A stretch of 64,000 nt of DNA, taken from a virus. Lineage: Duplodnaviria > Caudoviricetes. The notes beneath the pieces are model-generated. The model ran no database searches and was not told the DNA's origin. It was given only the letters and a program-made list of their open reading frames with translations. Position numbers and translations under genes: made by a program. Numbering within the stretch: position 1 is the stretch's first letter; every line of letters begins with the position of its first letter. This document shows, one piece after another, positions 37,476-48,091 of the stretch. The stretch lies in the IMG/VR virus record IMGVR_UViG_3300032030_002018. One strand, given 5' to 3'.

Positions 37476-40232
37476 TTATTCATAACGTATCATAACACCA
37501 TAATAATTAGTGCTGCAACGCAATATACTTATCTCATATCTATCTCCAAGTACCAATTGTGGAATTTCCTTCCATTTAATAGTAACACCATTGAATGTTA
37601 TTGACATCGCATTGGCACCACAAGTGAAGAAACACCTGTATTCACCAATATCATAATCGCCAACAATCAGCGTGAAATCAGGATTAGTAACAGTACCACA
37701 CTCAACAATCTCCATTTCTGCAAGGGAAATTGAATTTCCTGTACTAACACGATACTTAACATTGAATGTTTCATCAAGATATTCAGCAATACTTAATGCT
37801 ACAAGCGTATAGTTTCCATTGCTTACCTGATATATAAAACATAAAGCCTCATCGCCAGTACCTTGGGTTATATCTGTATCAGGAGATTCGCCAGAAGCAT
37901 CAGCGTGTGTCAGATAATCATCAACGTGACCGGCATAAGCCCTTACAAGCGAAGCACCAGATGTTGCGAAATTACAGTCATTTGCGAAATCAGACAGTTT
38001 TGTTGGTTTGTCATTCAAATCATCAAATGACAAATTGTTGAAAGCGTTTGATACCGCAGCATTTGATATTGGGTTAGTTGAACCACTATCAAGAACTTGG
38101 TCAACAGGAACATCATTTGTCCAAACCCTTATGCCGCCATTTTTATAATAATAAACTGGATGATATATATCTAATTCAATATAAGTATTATTGTAAGTAG
38201 TAGCAGTTGAAGCAATACCAATTCCCAAATAAATATATATTTTTCCATCTTCTGTACTTGGCAATTGTTGAACGATAGGCGCGTCTACATCTATTATTGC
38301 ACTTCCATCAGGCTGTGGCGCACATTTCAAATATGTTGGTAATTTGACAGTTAAATTAGTTGCTAATGGACCAAATGAAAATCCTGGATTAAATGAATCT
38401 TGCCTCCATATTACTGTTGCTGGCAAATCACTTCCAGATGCAATAGAACTATTTGAGGTAGTATAAACAATAGTTCCAAAAGGATTGATTGGTCGTTGGT
38501 TTGGCGTTCTTGCAGTAGATATATTATTTGATGAATTTACGCTTGCTGGTATCCATTGTGTGTCGTCAGCACTACTAAAATATAATTTATAATATCGTGC
38601 AGTATCTGTAACTGTTCTTAATGTTTTATTTGTCCGTAACTCATAGCCTACTGTATCTGTATTTGAATTGTATCCGTAATAATATATCCAACAACCTCCA
38701 TCAACAAGAGTCGTACTATAAACAAACAAAATAGTGTAATTTATGTTAAATAATGTAGTTACCCTTGATGGGCTACTTCCGGTTCCCATACTTGAATATG
38801 CAGGTTTTGCTCCAAGACCGTTAATGTCTATTGTAAACCCTGTTGTAGACGTAACCTTTCCATTCCTCAGTAATACACAAACACCGTCTTCAAGTCTGTC
38901 AATTCCAGGAACAGTTGCTGTAAAAGCAGTTGCAGTTGAAGATGTATCAACCTGTCCGTATGGTATACCTATTGTACTTATGTTATTACCACTTATAGCG
39001 ATACCAGTACTTGCTGATAATTCATCCTGTTTTGCATTCCAAGCACTTCTTTCACTACTTGTTACGTGTACAGAAGAATCTTCTGTATGAGCAGACAAAT
39101 CATCCGTAACCTCTATTACTCTTGCATCCAAATCAACCAATGCAGAAGCAACAATCTCCTCATTCTCCTCAATAGCAATTGTAATAGCAGAGTTTGCAAC
39201 AGCATTTGGAGAATCAGGGTCAAGGTCAGGGTCAACAACAGCACTTGCTGTACAACTGATTACATTGTCAGTTATATCTATACCTGTACCAGCAGACAAT
39301 TCATCCTGTTTTCCATTCCAAACTGTTTTTTCAGCAGATGTTACGTGTACAGAGGTATCTTCTGTATGAGCAGACAAATCATCGTTAACCCCTATCACTC
39401 TTGAATCCAAATCTGACAATGCAGAAGCGATTGCCTTTTCATCGTCGAAAATCGCCTTTGTAATAGCAGAGTTTGCAACAGCATTTGGAGAATCAGGGTC
39501 AAGGTCAGGGTCAACAACAGCACTTGCTGTACAACTGATTACATTGTCAGTTATATCTATACCTGTGCCTGCCGTTAATTCATCCTGTTTTGCATTCCAC
39601 GCACTCTTTTCGCTGCTTGTCACGTGTACTGTCGTATTTGACGTATGTGCAGACAAATCATCCGTAACCTCTATTACTCTTGAATCCAAATCTGACAATG
39701 AAGAAGCAACAATCTCCTCATTTTCTACTATTATTTCAGATACAATACTCAAAGCACTTGCAACAGAAGAAGCACCGCTTAATAATCTATCACCTGATAA
39801 TGGCTTGTATGTACCGTCAGAATTCAAGTCAACTGACTCAATTATATTATCAACCTTTCCGCTTAATGGTTCAATGTCTTGAGAACCCTCATCCCATCTC
39901 TCCTTATCTTCAGCTGTAACGTGAATGTCTGCGTCAGAAATATGCGTATCAACTTCTCCGCTTAATTCATCAATGTCGCTGTTAAGTTTATTCAATGCAG
40001 CAGCGACAATTTGCTCATTTTCTGTGACTATATTTTCCCAATACTTGTCATTTGAAAATGTAATAATCTCATCATTATTGTTCCTTATTGCCATAGTCTC
40101 ATATCCTTTTGCAAAATTTACAGCAATCTCACCATACTCAATTTGTTCACTGGTTGGTAATTTTGGAGAAGTAGTTCCCCCAGTTGTATTTACAGCACTA
40201 CTCCTGATGTTAAGTAATTTCTTCCTAGCCAT
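37476..40232 (-). CDS. Putative tail fibre protein with 93-aa internal repeats
   Basis: N-terminal KLPTSEQIEYGEIAVNF (Mtd/hyaluronidase-N-like); HVTxxEKxxWNxKQD repeats; TIDINGLGAKP. Confidence 0.75.
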   Translation of the reverse strand: MARKKLLNIRSSAVNTTGGTTSPKLPTSEQIEYGEIAVNFAKGYETMAIRNNNDEIITFSNDKYWENIVTENEQIVAAALNKLNSDIDELSGEVDTHISDADIHVTAEDKERWDEGSQDIEPLSGKVDNIIESVDLNSDGTYKPLSGDRLLSGASSVASALSIVSEIIVENEEIVASSLSDLDSRVIEVTDDLSAHTSNTTVHVTSSEKSAWNAKQDELTAGTGIDITDNVISCTASAVVDPDLDPDSPNAVANSAITKAIFDDEKAIASALSDLDSRVIGVNDDLSAHTEDTSVHVTSAEKTVWNGKQDELSAGTGIDITDNVISCTASAVVDPDLDPDSPNAVANSAITIAIEENEEIVASALVDLDARVIEVTDDLSAHTEDSSVHVTSSERSAWNAKQDELSASTGIAISGNNISTIGIPYGQVDTSSTATAFTATVPGIDRLEDGVCVLLRNGKVTSTTGFTIDINGLGAKPAYSSMGTGSSPSRVTTLFNINYTILFVYSTTLVDGGCWIYYYGYNSNTDTVGYELRTNKTLRTVTDTARYYKLYFSSADDTQWIPASVNSSNNISTARTPNQRPINPFGTIVYTTSNSSIASGSDLPATVIWRQDSFNPGFSFGPLATNLTVKLPTYLKCAPQPDGSAIIDVDAPIVQQLPSTEDGKIYIYLGIGIASTATTYNNTYIELDIYHPVYYYKNGGIRVWTNDVPVDQVLDSGSTNPISNAAVSNAFNNLSFDDLNDKPTKLSDFANDCNFATSGASLVRAYAGHVDDYLTHADASGESPDTDITQGTGDEALCFIYQVSNGNYTLVALSIAEYLDETFNVKYRVSTGNSISLAEMEIVECGTVTNPDFTLIVGDYDIGEYRCFFTCGANAMSITFNGVTIKWKEIPQLVLGDRYEISILRCSTNYYGVMIRYE
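38990..39730 (-). repeat. Tandem 279-nt duplication, about 2.6 copies
   Basis: Identical stretches at 39251-39287 and 39530-39566 (offset 279). Confidence 0.85.
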
Positions 40233-40366
40233 TATCTAATGATTTTTTTAATTTAAAATAGTTATTTAACTTTTTTTCAAAAATAATGAAACATATAACA
40301 AATAAATTGCGATATATTTCTCAAAAATAAATAGTATGTAATACAGAAAAATAGCATAAATAGCAC

Positions 40367-40400
40367 AAAAAAATGGGTTGATTTTTTTCAACCCATTCTT
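40367..40400 (-). terminator. Intrinsic terminator after the 40427 gene
   Basis: AATGGGTTGA...TCAACCCATT with a T-run on the minus strand. Confidence 0.65.
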
Positions 40401-40426
40401 CATTATATTAATTGTTTGGAAATCAA

Positions 40427-43129
40427 TTATTCATAGAAGCCACAATCCCAAGTGCTATCCAAATAAAGACCACCGTTTTCACCAGTTGTAATCTGCAATG
40501 CATTACCAGTGGCACTTGCGTATTGAGCAGTAGTTTCTGTTGTATTTGTAACTGTGTCAAGTTTCAACGCAACAGTAATTGTCTTACCAGATGTTTCGTT
40601 GCCTGCACTAGTTTCAACAGTAACACCATTGTTGCCTGTTACACCACTACCAACATAAGTATTGGAAACAGCACTCAACTGAGTATCAAGAGCAACAATC
40701 TCACCCTCAATTGTTGCAGCACCAGAAGTGTAGTGTCCTGTAGATGATGCGTGAGTACCATCAGCGTTCAAACCAACAGCAGTCTCAATAGCGTCTACCT
40801 CTGCTTGTAAACCAGAAGATGCAGCGTCAACCTTATATTCCAACTTACCAATAGCTGAATTAACAGTATCGTCACTTGTAACAGCAGATGAACCACTAGC
40901 CTTCACATAATCGTCAAGATAAATTTGTCCACCATCAGTGTCAATGTTTATCTGAAGTGTACCATCAGCATTAGCAGCAGTTGAGGCACTACCGCCAGTC
41001 ATTGCAACGGTAGTCACAGCCTTACCACTCAAGCCGTACAAAGCAGCGTCAAGTTTATCAACTGAATCAGTTACACTTGTAGCAGCACTTACATAATGGT
41101 CATTTGTATTAGCTGAATAACCACCGTCAGCCTTCAAACCAACACCAGCCTCAATCTTGTCATCCTGTGCTGTTCTTGCTGTTTCTTCAGCCTTCAATGC
41201 TGCATCAAGTTTAACATCAGCATCATTCAAAGATGTGGCACCAGTTATGTAGTTAGAACCAGTATTTGCGGAATATTCATCACCGTTTATTCCATCAACA
41301 GCCTTGCGTGCAGCAATCTCTGCTGTCAATGCGCTTGCAGAAGCAAGGTCACTTGTAGTAACAGTAACAGCAGTTACCTTACCATCAGTCTCAACAACCT
41401 TAACTGTAACGTGTTCGTCTGCTGACTGACCACTTACATCTGCGTCAAGGGTTGAAACCTTATAATCAATTGCATTCTGAATGTTAGATACCTTAACACC
41501 ATTTGCACTTACAGAAAGAACAGCACCAGACGCACTGTCGCCAGTTACAACACTTTCAGATGCAGAATCAACCTTTACTGAAACCTCACCATTGTTAACC
41601 TGTAAACCATCCTTGAATTCGCTCTCTCTCAAGAAGTCACCAAGTGGAATCTCAACAATCATATATTGACCTTGGTTGTTCAGGTATTCAAGAATCAATA
41701 CATCCTGACCTGAGCCATCAGTAATTTCACCAGTTGAAGAATCAACGGTAGCACCACTATGACCAAGTTGACCAGTTACAAATGCGCTGTCCTTTGGAAT
41801 TGTGATAACATCACTTCCAGTGATTGCGTTACCACTTACATCAGTCAAAGTGTAAGTTTCCTTTGTAGTGCCAGTACCTGCGGACTGAACAAGTTTAAGA
41901 CCAGTTGAAAGAACACCAGTTGAACCGTCTTTAACAACGGTAAGACCGTCAATATTTACATCAATATTAGTACCGGTAGCAGCAGTTGTAACAGTAATTG
42001 TTTTAGCTGAAGATGATATTTCGTTAGCCTCAACCTTTGATGCAATTTCCTCTAATGCGGCTTGTACTGTTGTGCCTGTAAATTGAGTACCGGCAGTTAC
42101 GGTTGTAACGTGTGCAGCAGCGATATCGCCAGCAGTAGCACTAACCTTACCATCTTCTTCACTTACTGCTATAATAGCCTGACCTTCACCTGACACAACT
42201 GGCAAATCCATTGCGTTAATCTGACCTTGCAATTTGCCGAGTGCTTCACCAAGTGTATCAGTAGCAGCAACATCTGCATCAGAACCGACTGTATAACCAC
42301 CAATCTTAACAGAAGTGATTGCTGTACTTGTAGCTGTTATAGTACCGTCAGTTTGAACAACATCAATAACAACGTTATTCTCACCACTTACAGAAGGAGC
42401 ATCCATACCGATAATAGCATCATCTAACTTCTTGAATGCACCGTGAATTGTGTCAGTACTTGCAAGAATATTACCAGTACCTGCTGTATAGTCAACAATC
42501 TGTGCGGAGTCAACATTTGCGACTGTTGTTTGAGAACCAGTCTCACCTGTGCCAACTAATTTACCATCCTTCAACTCGATACCAGTGAAATATTGGTTAG
42601 CACCTGCTGTAACATTGCTGTCGAGAGCTGCCATCTTATCATCAATGGCTTTCTCCAACTTTGCGAATGCATCAGCGATAGTGTCGCCAGTTGCAAGAAC
42701 GCCTGTGCCTGAAGTAGTCTTTGAATAATTTGCAAGGGTACCAAGGTCAACACTTGTAATAGAAACGTCAGTCAATTTACCATCTGTTTCTACAACCTGA
42801 ACAGTAACACCATTAGTTGTAGCACTTACGGTAGCATCAAGAGCTTTGATTGCATCTTCAATTCCGTTAATGTTATCAAATACAGTAACCTTCGTTACAT
42901 TACCTTCAGTATGACCGATACCTAATACAGAATAAATCTTACCATCTGTTGCGTAAGTATCACCTTTATACCTTGCCACAATTGGCATACCATCCTTCAA
43001 CACATTAGGGTCAATGTCTGTGCCAGTTAATTTAGCAATTGCAGCGGCTTTATCTGCAAATAAACCAGTTGTTGTAGCCTGATTTCTAAAAAACTGAATA
43101 AATTTACGATTTGCGTTTTCGTTTGCCAT
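40427..43129 (-). CDS. Putative virion fibre protein (paralogous family)
   Basis: IQFFR N-terminus, shared modules, C-terminal DCGFYE. Confidence 0.75.
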   Translation of the reverse strand: MANENANRKFIQFFRNQATTTGLFADKAAAIAKLTGTDIDPNVLKDGMPIVARYKGDTYATDGKIYSVLGIGHTEGNVTKVTVFDNINGIEDAIKALDATVSATTNGVTVQVVETDGKLTDVSITSVDLGTLANYSKTTSGTGVLATGDTIADAFAKLEKAIDDKMAALDSNVTAGANQYFTGIELKDGKLVGTGETGSQTTVANVDSAQIVDYTAGTGNILASTDTIHGAFKKLDDAIIGMDAPSVSGENNVVIDVVQTDGTITATSTAITSVKIGGYTVGSDADVAATDTLGEALGKLQGQINAMDLPVVSGEGQAIIAVSEEDGKVSATAGDIAAAHVTTVTAGTQFTGTTVQAALEEIASKVEANEISSSAKTITVTTAATGTNIDVNIDGLTVVKDGSTGVLSTGLKLVQSAGTGTTKETYTLTDVSGNAITGSDVITIPKDSAFVTGQLGHSGATVDSSTGEITDGSGQDVLILEYLNNQGQYMIVEIPLGDFLRESEFKDGLQVNNGEVSVKVDSASESVVTGDSASGAVLSVSANGVKVSNIQNAIDYKVSTLDADVSGQSADEHVTVKVVETDGKVTAVTVTTSDLASASALTAEIAARKAVDGINGDEYSANTGSNYITGATSLNDADVKLDAALKAEETARTAQDDKIEAGVGLKADGGYSANTNDHYVSAATSVTDSVDKLDAALYGLSGKAVTTVAMTGGSASTAANADGTLQINIDTDGGQIYLDDYVKASGSSAVTSDDTVNSAIGKLEYKVDAASSGLQAEVDAIETAVGLNADGTHASSTGHYTSGAATIEGEIVALDTQLSAVSNTYVGSGVTGNNGVTVETSAGNETSGKTITVALKLDTVTNTTETTAQYASATGNALQITTGENGGLYLDSTWDCGFYE

Positions 43130-43215
43130 TTTTTCTAAAAATTATATATAATTTTATTTTAATATTTTTTTCAATCTTGTTGGCTTGCTTGAAGCCAACA
43201 AGACATTATTATTTT

Positions 43216-44673
43216 TTATTCCACTGAATAAACTCCGAAGTCAAAAACTCCGCTTACTTTTGTAGGGTCGAAACCGAGTTTAACAACAGAACCGTCTTTC
43301 TGCACAACAATACCGTTACCAAGTGTTGGGTAAACAGGAATTGTCTCATCGCCTTCAGCGAGTATCACATTTGTAACACCGCTGACACCAATCTCGTCAA
43401 GTTGTTCCTGAAGGTCAATCAAAGCCTCTGCTGTAACTTTCTCATTGTTGTTGACAGCAGCCTCAATCTTTGCGATAGCGTCATTGACGGTATCTGTTGG
43501 GAGAACCTTCAGTTCTTCACCTGTTCCAAGTTCAATTGGTTGGTAATCTGTAAGTTTGATTACATTACCACCCTGTTCGATATTTATCGAAACACCAGAG
43601 CCATCTTCTGCTCTTGTTATAACGCCTTCAGTATCAACATCCTGTGAAGACAATGTTACAGATGTAACAGCCTTTGAGTCAATTGCTTTCTGAATGTTGT
43701 CAACCTTAACACCGTCAAGACTTACAGTAAGTACAGGTACATCCTCTGCGCCTTCTGCAATTGAAACAGCCTCAGATGTAGCGTCAATCTTTACCTTTAC
43801 TACCTTTCCTGTGTGTCCAGGTTCTGAAACGGTCTCAAGACCGTCCTTGAATTCAGACTCTTTGAGATATTCCTCAATATCAATTGCTGTCAAAGTGTAA
43901 TTACCATCGGAAATTTGATAGATGAAACAAAGAGCGGTTTCACCAGAACCCTCTGTAACAGCAGTTGTAGGAGATTCGTGTGTCTCTGGGTCTTCATCAG
44001 TGAGGTAGTCATCAACGTGACCGATATACACCTTTTCAAGAGCTGAGTCCTTATAAATCTTGATTGTTTCACCAAGTTTTGTACCGTCAGTTGCTGTAAG
44101 CTTAAATGCTTCCTTTACATTTTCTGACTGTTCAGCATCCGTATCGTGTTCAATCTTGATGTCAGTATAGATGCCAGTTCCACTGTTAGCAAGAACGGTT
44201 TCACCATCCTGAATTGCAAGACTTACAACAGTTCCTGCTGATGTTTCCTCAACGTCGATTGAACTGTCAAGATTAACAACCTTGTTGTTCTTGATTGTGT
44301 CAATGATATCTTGGAGAACTTCCTCAACAGTTTCGCTACCGTCCTTGATTACGCCTGTCTTACCTGACAGTTCGTCCGCAATGGTGTTAAGTCTCTCGAT
44401 TATTGCTTCAATCTGTTCGTCAGTTCCATCAACGTCGATTATTGTGATGTAACTACTCCCAGAAGCACCTGAGATTTCACCCTGAATTGCTTGAATACCA
44501 AGAAGAGTCTTAATAACGGGATTTCCATCTTTGTCCTCTCCCTCATATCTGGCAAGAATAGGAGTACCGTCAGATGTTAGTGCTGCCTGAGATAGGTATG
44601 TTGTAGCCGCCTCTTTGGTAGCAAAGACCTTGGTATTTCTTAAAAGTTGTAATGATTTTATATTAGTTGCCAT
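43216..44673 (-). CDS. Putative virion fibre protein (paralogous family)
   Basis: LQLLR N-terminus, GHVDD...ALCFIY module, C-terminal DFGVY. Confidence 0.75.
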   Translation of the reverse strand: MATNIKSLQLLRNTKVFATKEAATTYLSQAALTSDGTPILARYEGEDKDGNPVIKTLLGIQAIQGEISGASGSSYITIIDVDGTDEQIEAIIERLNTIADELSGKTGVIKDGSETVEEVLQDIIDTIKNNKVVNLDSSIDVEETSAGTVVSLAIQDGETVLANSGTGIYTDIKIEHDTDAEQSENVKEAFKLTATDGTKLGETIKIYKDSALEKVYIGHVDDYLTDEDPETHESPTTAVTEGSGETALCFIYQISDGNYTLTAIDIEEYLKESEFKDGLETVSEPGHTGKVVKVKIDATSEAVSIAEGAEDVPVLTVSLDGVKVDNIQKAIDSKAVTSVTLSSQDVDTEGVITRAEDGSGVSINIEQGGNVIKLTDYQPIELGTGEELKVLPTDTVNDAIAKIEAAVNNNEKVTAEALIDLQEQLDEIGVSGVTNVILAEGDETIPVYPTLGNGIVVQKDGSVVKLGFDPTKVSGVFDFGVYSVE

Positions 44674-44698
44674 TTTTAATTAAGATTTTTCCAATTAT

Positions 44699-45580
44699 TT
44701 ATTCAATGTTAATTACAGGATATCTTGAACCATCACCGTAAGGTACAGTTTGTCCGTAATCATTCCATACATAGAACACCTGTGTGCTTGCATCCTTAGT
44801 TCCACATATGTCTGCGATATTCTCCGGTTTTTCAAGTTTCTTACCACCGACAGTGAAGTTCTTTACATTGATAGTGATTTTCTCTGGTGCGAAAAGGTTG
44901 TTTTCTTCTTCTTTCTCTACGCTTTTTGATGTGTAGTCCTCAAAGATAATCATACCAGCCCAAACTGGGTCTGTATCCCAAGCTGTACACTCACAGTCAA
45001 TGATGTTAACAGTAACACCTGTTGCATTTGTCTTGTTTGAGATTCTTATACAGTTAGAGACCGTTCCAAATTTCACATTCTTGATGTTGATAACAGCGTC
45101 ATTCTGAGTGCCGAATATCAGGATTGCGTTATTTGAGATTGCCTGTTCTGTAAGGTCAACATTGTCGATTGTAACACTCTTTGGAGCGTCAGTACCTGCA
45201 AGTCCAATCTCCAAGCAGTTATAGCCGCCGTTAGTTGATGTAACCTTGAAATTCTCAACAGTAACATCTCCACCGTTAGAGCAGTTCAAACTCATCATAG
45301 CGTTTCCGTTAATACTCTTGTTCCAAACACCAACATTGTTTACTCCCTCAACTGTGATGTTCTTGCCCTTCAATGAGAACGCTGTTGTTTCATTGTTTTC
45401 CAAAGCAACAACGAGGTCCTTAGAAAGGGTCCCGTAATTAGTCTTGTTTCCTGTTGGAACGATACCGCTGCTCTCTCCAAAAGAAACAGAAGCACCATCA
45501 AAGGAAACATTCTTGTAAGTTGTCAGGTCATACTGACCAGCGACACTACTGTCTTTGAAATTTTTTAAGTACTTGTTCAT
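44699..45580 (-). CDS. Putative beta-helix virion protein
   Basis: Repeating V-T-[VI]-x-N strands typical of parallel beta-helices. Confidence 0.55.
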   Translation of the reverse strand: MNKYLKNFKDSSVAGQYDLTTYKNVSFDGASVSFGESSGIVPTGNKTNYGTLSKDLVVALENNETTAFSLKGKNITVEGVNNVGVWNKSINGNAMMSLNCSNGGDVTVENFKVTSTNGGYNCLEIGLAGTDAPKSVTIDNVDLTEQAISNNAILIFGTQNDAVINIKNVKFGTVSNCIRISNKTNATGVTVNIIDCECTAWDTDPVWAGMIIFEDYTSKSVEKEEENNLFAPEKITINVKNFTVGGKKLEKPENIADICGTKDASTQVFYVWNDYGQTVPYGDGSRYPVINIE

Positions 45581-45623
45581 AATTTTTATTATAAATTAGT
45601 CATTTATCACTTTTTATTTTTTT

Positions 45624-46385
45624 CTAACCTGTAAATCCATAATCGTCTTCACCTGTTGAACCTGTATAGCCTGTATTTGAATGTGACGCAGAATTTGGCT
45701 GATAAGTTTCGTGTGCAAGTTGTGCAATGAGGTCATTTATGTTCATCATTTCTCCCTCAATATTAAGGTATAAAACACCATCATCGCCTACCTTTACAAT
45801 AGCTTGTCCATCCTTTTTTATTTCTCCGATAATTCCTGGTTCATCACTCTCAACCATAACAAGTTCTGACTTGTCAGCCTTTTCGTTTATCACATTTGAG
45901 AATTCTTCTGTAAGTTTCTCTTGTGATATGCTTCCGTCCTTAACATCTGCTGTAACATTTGTTTCTGTTTCAGATGTTGTTTCATTGAAGTCGATTGTAT
46001 CCGTATCGTTGAACACAATATTCTCACGTATGTCGTCAAGACTGATATCGCAATACTGTCCAGTTTCTTCAGCCTCCTGTTCGTCTGCAATGAAATATAT
46101 TCTGAGGTATTTTTTTTCCTCGCCAGTATCAGGGTCAACAATGGTAACAACCTTTGCGTGGTCAATGACACTTACAGTATCAATCTCACCTACATCGTTT
46201 CCACCCTGAACGATTGTATATTTGTTTTTCTCCCTTTCCTCAACAGATACAGTCTTTCCGCTTATGTCAACGTCCTGACGTTCGTTGTCTTCTTTAACCT
46301 TGCTGATTTCAGCTTGCATTGAAGTTGGGTTGATACCATAGAACTCATATTGTTCCATATATCCATAATATTCCAAGTGTCTCAT
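45624..46385 (-). CDS. Putative virion protein
   Basis: N-terminal YYGY...RQD shared with the next gene. Confidence 0.7.
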   Translation of the reverse strand: MRHLEYYGYMEQYEFYGINPTSMQAEISKVKEDNERQDVDISGKTVSVEEREKNKYTIVQGGNDVGEIDTVSVIDHAKVVTIVDPDTGEEKKYLRIYFIADEQEAEETGQYCDISLDDIRENIVFNDTDTIDFNETTSETETNVTADVKDGSISQEKLTEEFSNVINEKADKSELVMVESDEPGIIGEIKKDGQAIVKVGDDGVLYLNIEGEMMNINDLIAQLAHETYQPNSASHSNTGYTGSTGEDDYGFTG

Positions 46386-46390
46386 AATAA

Positions 46391-47995
46391 TTATAATCTA
46401 TTTTCTAAATCTTTTATCCTATTCTCAAGGGATACTATATAATTAATCAAACCAGATATTGATGCTTCTCCATACGTATCGCTAACCAATGTATGATATT
46501 CCCTGTGCAAAGCATCCAATATGCCGTTTCCAGTATCATCATATCCAGATATATCACTTCCATTAACGCCTTTCAATTCAGATATGCATCCAATCTTTGT
46601 TGAATTGTCACTTACTGTCTGTGATAATGAAGATACCCTGTTTGATATTTCAGATGTAATATTTTGCAAAGAATCTTCAGCCGCATAGGCTCTATATGAT
46701 TCAGCACTTATGCTTTGTTCCAACAATGAATCCGCTGATGCTCTAGTATTTCTTTCAGCAAGTATTTGTCCTTCAAGGTTTCGCCTTGTTGCTTCCTCCA
46801 AACTTTCAAACATCTGAACAGCGTCTTCAAGTTCAGTCTTAGTTGCGGATTCACTCTTTAATGGGTATCTTGCGTCCCCTTCTTCCTTTGTCAGATAGTC
46901 GTTCTCAATATCTTCCTTCAATGCATCTACAACGCCGCTTATTGAATCTACATCTTCTATACAGTCACTTAAATCTTCCTGAATACCTGAAATAGTATCA
47001 TTTATACCATTAACAAGACCTTCGACAACTTCTGTATCAGCCTTTTCCCCAAGTTCCTCATAAATATCATTAACCAAATGAGAAAGACTTTCAAAATCCT
47101 CGTTGTCAACTTTTTCTGACAGTTTTTCGTCTACATAATTCTTATCAGCCTTGCTTGGCAATTCCTCTATAATGTCAGAAACAGCATATCTCAAAGCGTC
47201 AATCTCCTCAGGCAAACCTTCTATCTCACTCTCAATACCGTCTATTCTCTCATTGATTGCCGTATCAGCGGAAATCCTTTCATTTGTCTCAACAGTAATC
47301 ATATCAACAAGAGCGACGTATCCTGCTTCAGTATCGGCAGACAACTCGATTACCATACCTCTAATCAAATTATCCTCTTCCTCTCTTGTGGATGCCTCAT
47401 CTGAAATCAACGATTGGAGATTATCGTCACCTTCTATTCTTGCCTCGATTTCAGCTGTTATATCACCTGCCATACCTGACACACCACTTATAATTTCTAT
47501 AAGTTCCTCAATGTCAGCCTTATCTGCCTTGTTTTCTTCAAGTAGTTCTACTCTGTGTATTAAATCTTCAATATCATATGAGAATGATTCAACTTCTCCT
47601 GACAAAGACCGTATCTTATCATTAATGCCACCATCTCCATTGATTATATCGTACAAGTCATTTATTCGGCTTGTGGTAATACTTTCAACCTGGCTTATTG
47701 CTGTTGACAATTCGCCTGATACATTCATCAGTTCTGCTTTTGTAACGAAATGCTCAATCCTTTGTCTTATTTCTGTTATGCTGGAATTTATTGAATCTAT
47801 ATCGTCAGACATATCATCAATACTCCCTGACAATATATCAAGTATATCATCTATTTCAGAGACCACTGATTCAACAATCGCTGAAACAACAGATAAATCA
47901 GCCTTTTCCGCAATTTCTGCGTCCTGTCTGTCGTCAACAGCTGTGTTTGGTCTCATTAAATTCTCTTCCCTATATCCGTAAAAATTAAGTGCCAT
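46391..47995 (-). CDS. Long acidic coiled-coil (fibre-like) protein
   Basis: Heptad repeats and KAD motifs; TATTTATA upstream (48021-28). Confidence 0.75.
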   Translation of the reverse strand: MALNFYGYREENLMRPNTAVDDRQDAEIAEKADLSVVSAIVESVVSEIDDILDILSGSIDDMSDDIDSINSSITEIRQRIEHFVTKAELMNVSGELSTAISQVESITTSRINDLYDIINGDGGINDKIRSLSGEVESFSYDIEDLIHRVELLEENKADKADIEELIEIISGVSGMAGDITAEIEARIEGDDNLQSLISDEASTREEEDNLIRGMVIELSADTEAGYVALVDMITVETNERISADTAINERIDGIESEIEGLPEEIDALRYAVSDIIEELPSKADKNYVDEKLSEKVDNEDFESLSHLVNDIYEELGEKADTEVVEGLVNGINDTISGIQEDLSDCIEDVDSISGVVDALKEDIENDYLTKEEGDARYPLKSESATKTELEDAVQMFESLEEATRRNLEGQILAERNTRASADSLLEQSISAESYRAYAAEDSLQNITSEISNRVSSLSQTVSDNSTKIGCISELKGVNGSDISGYDDTGNGILDALHREYHTLVSDTYGEASISGLINYIVSLENRIKDLENRL

Positions 47996-48091
47996 ACGCT
48001 AAATTAATGCCATTTTTTAATATAAATATTGGCAACATTCACGTTTTAACTATTTATAACAAAATTATTTTCAATTATTTTTTAACTAAAA

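Noticed and set aside
16723-47981. Long plus-strand ORFs such as 16723-17856 and 47151-47981
   Set aside because: These are antisense shadows of acidic coiled-coil genes, Ser/Ile-rich and without motifs.
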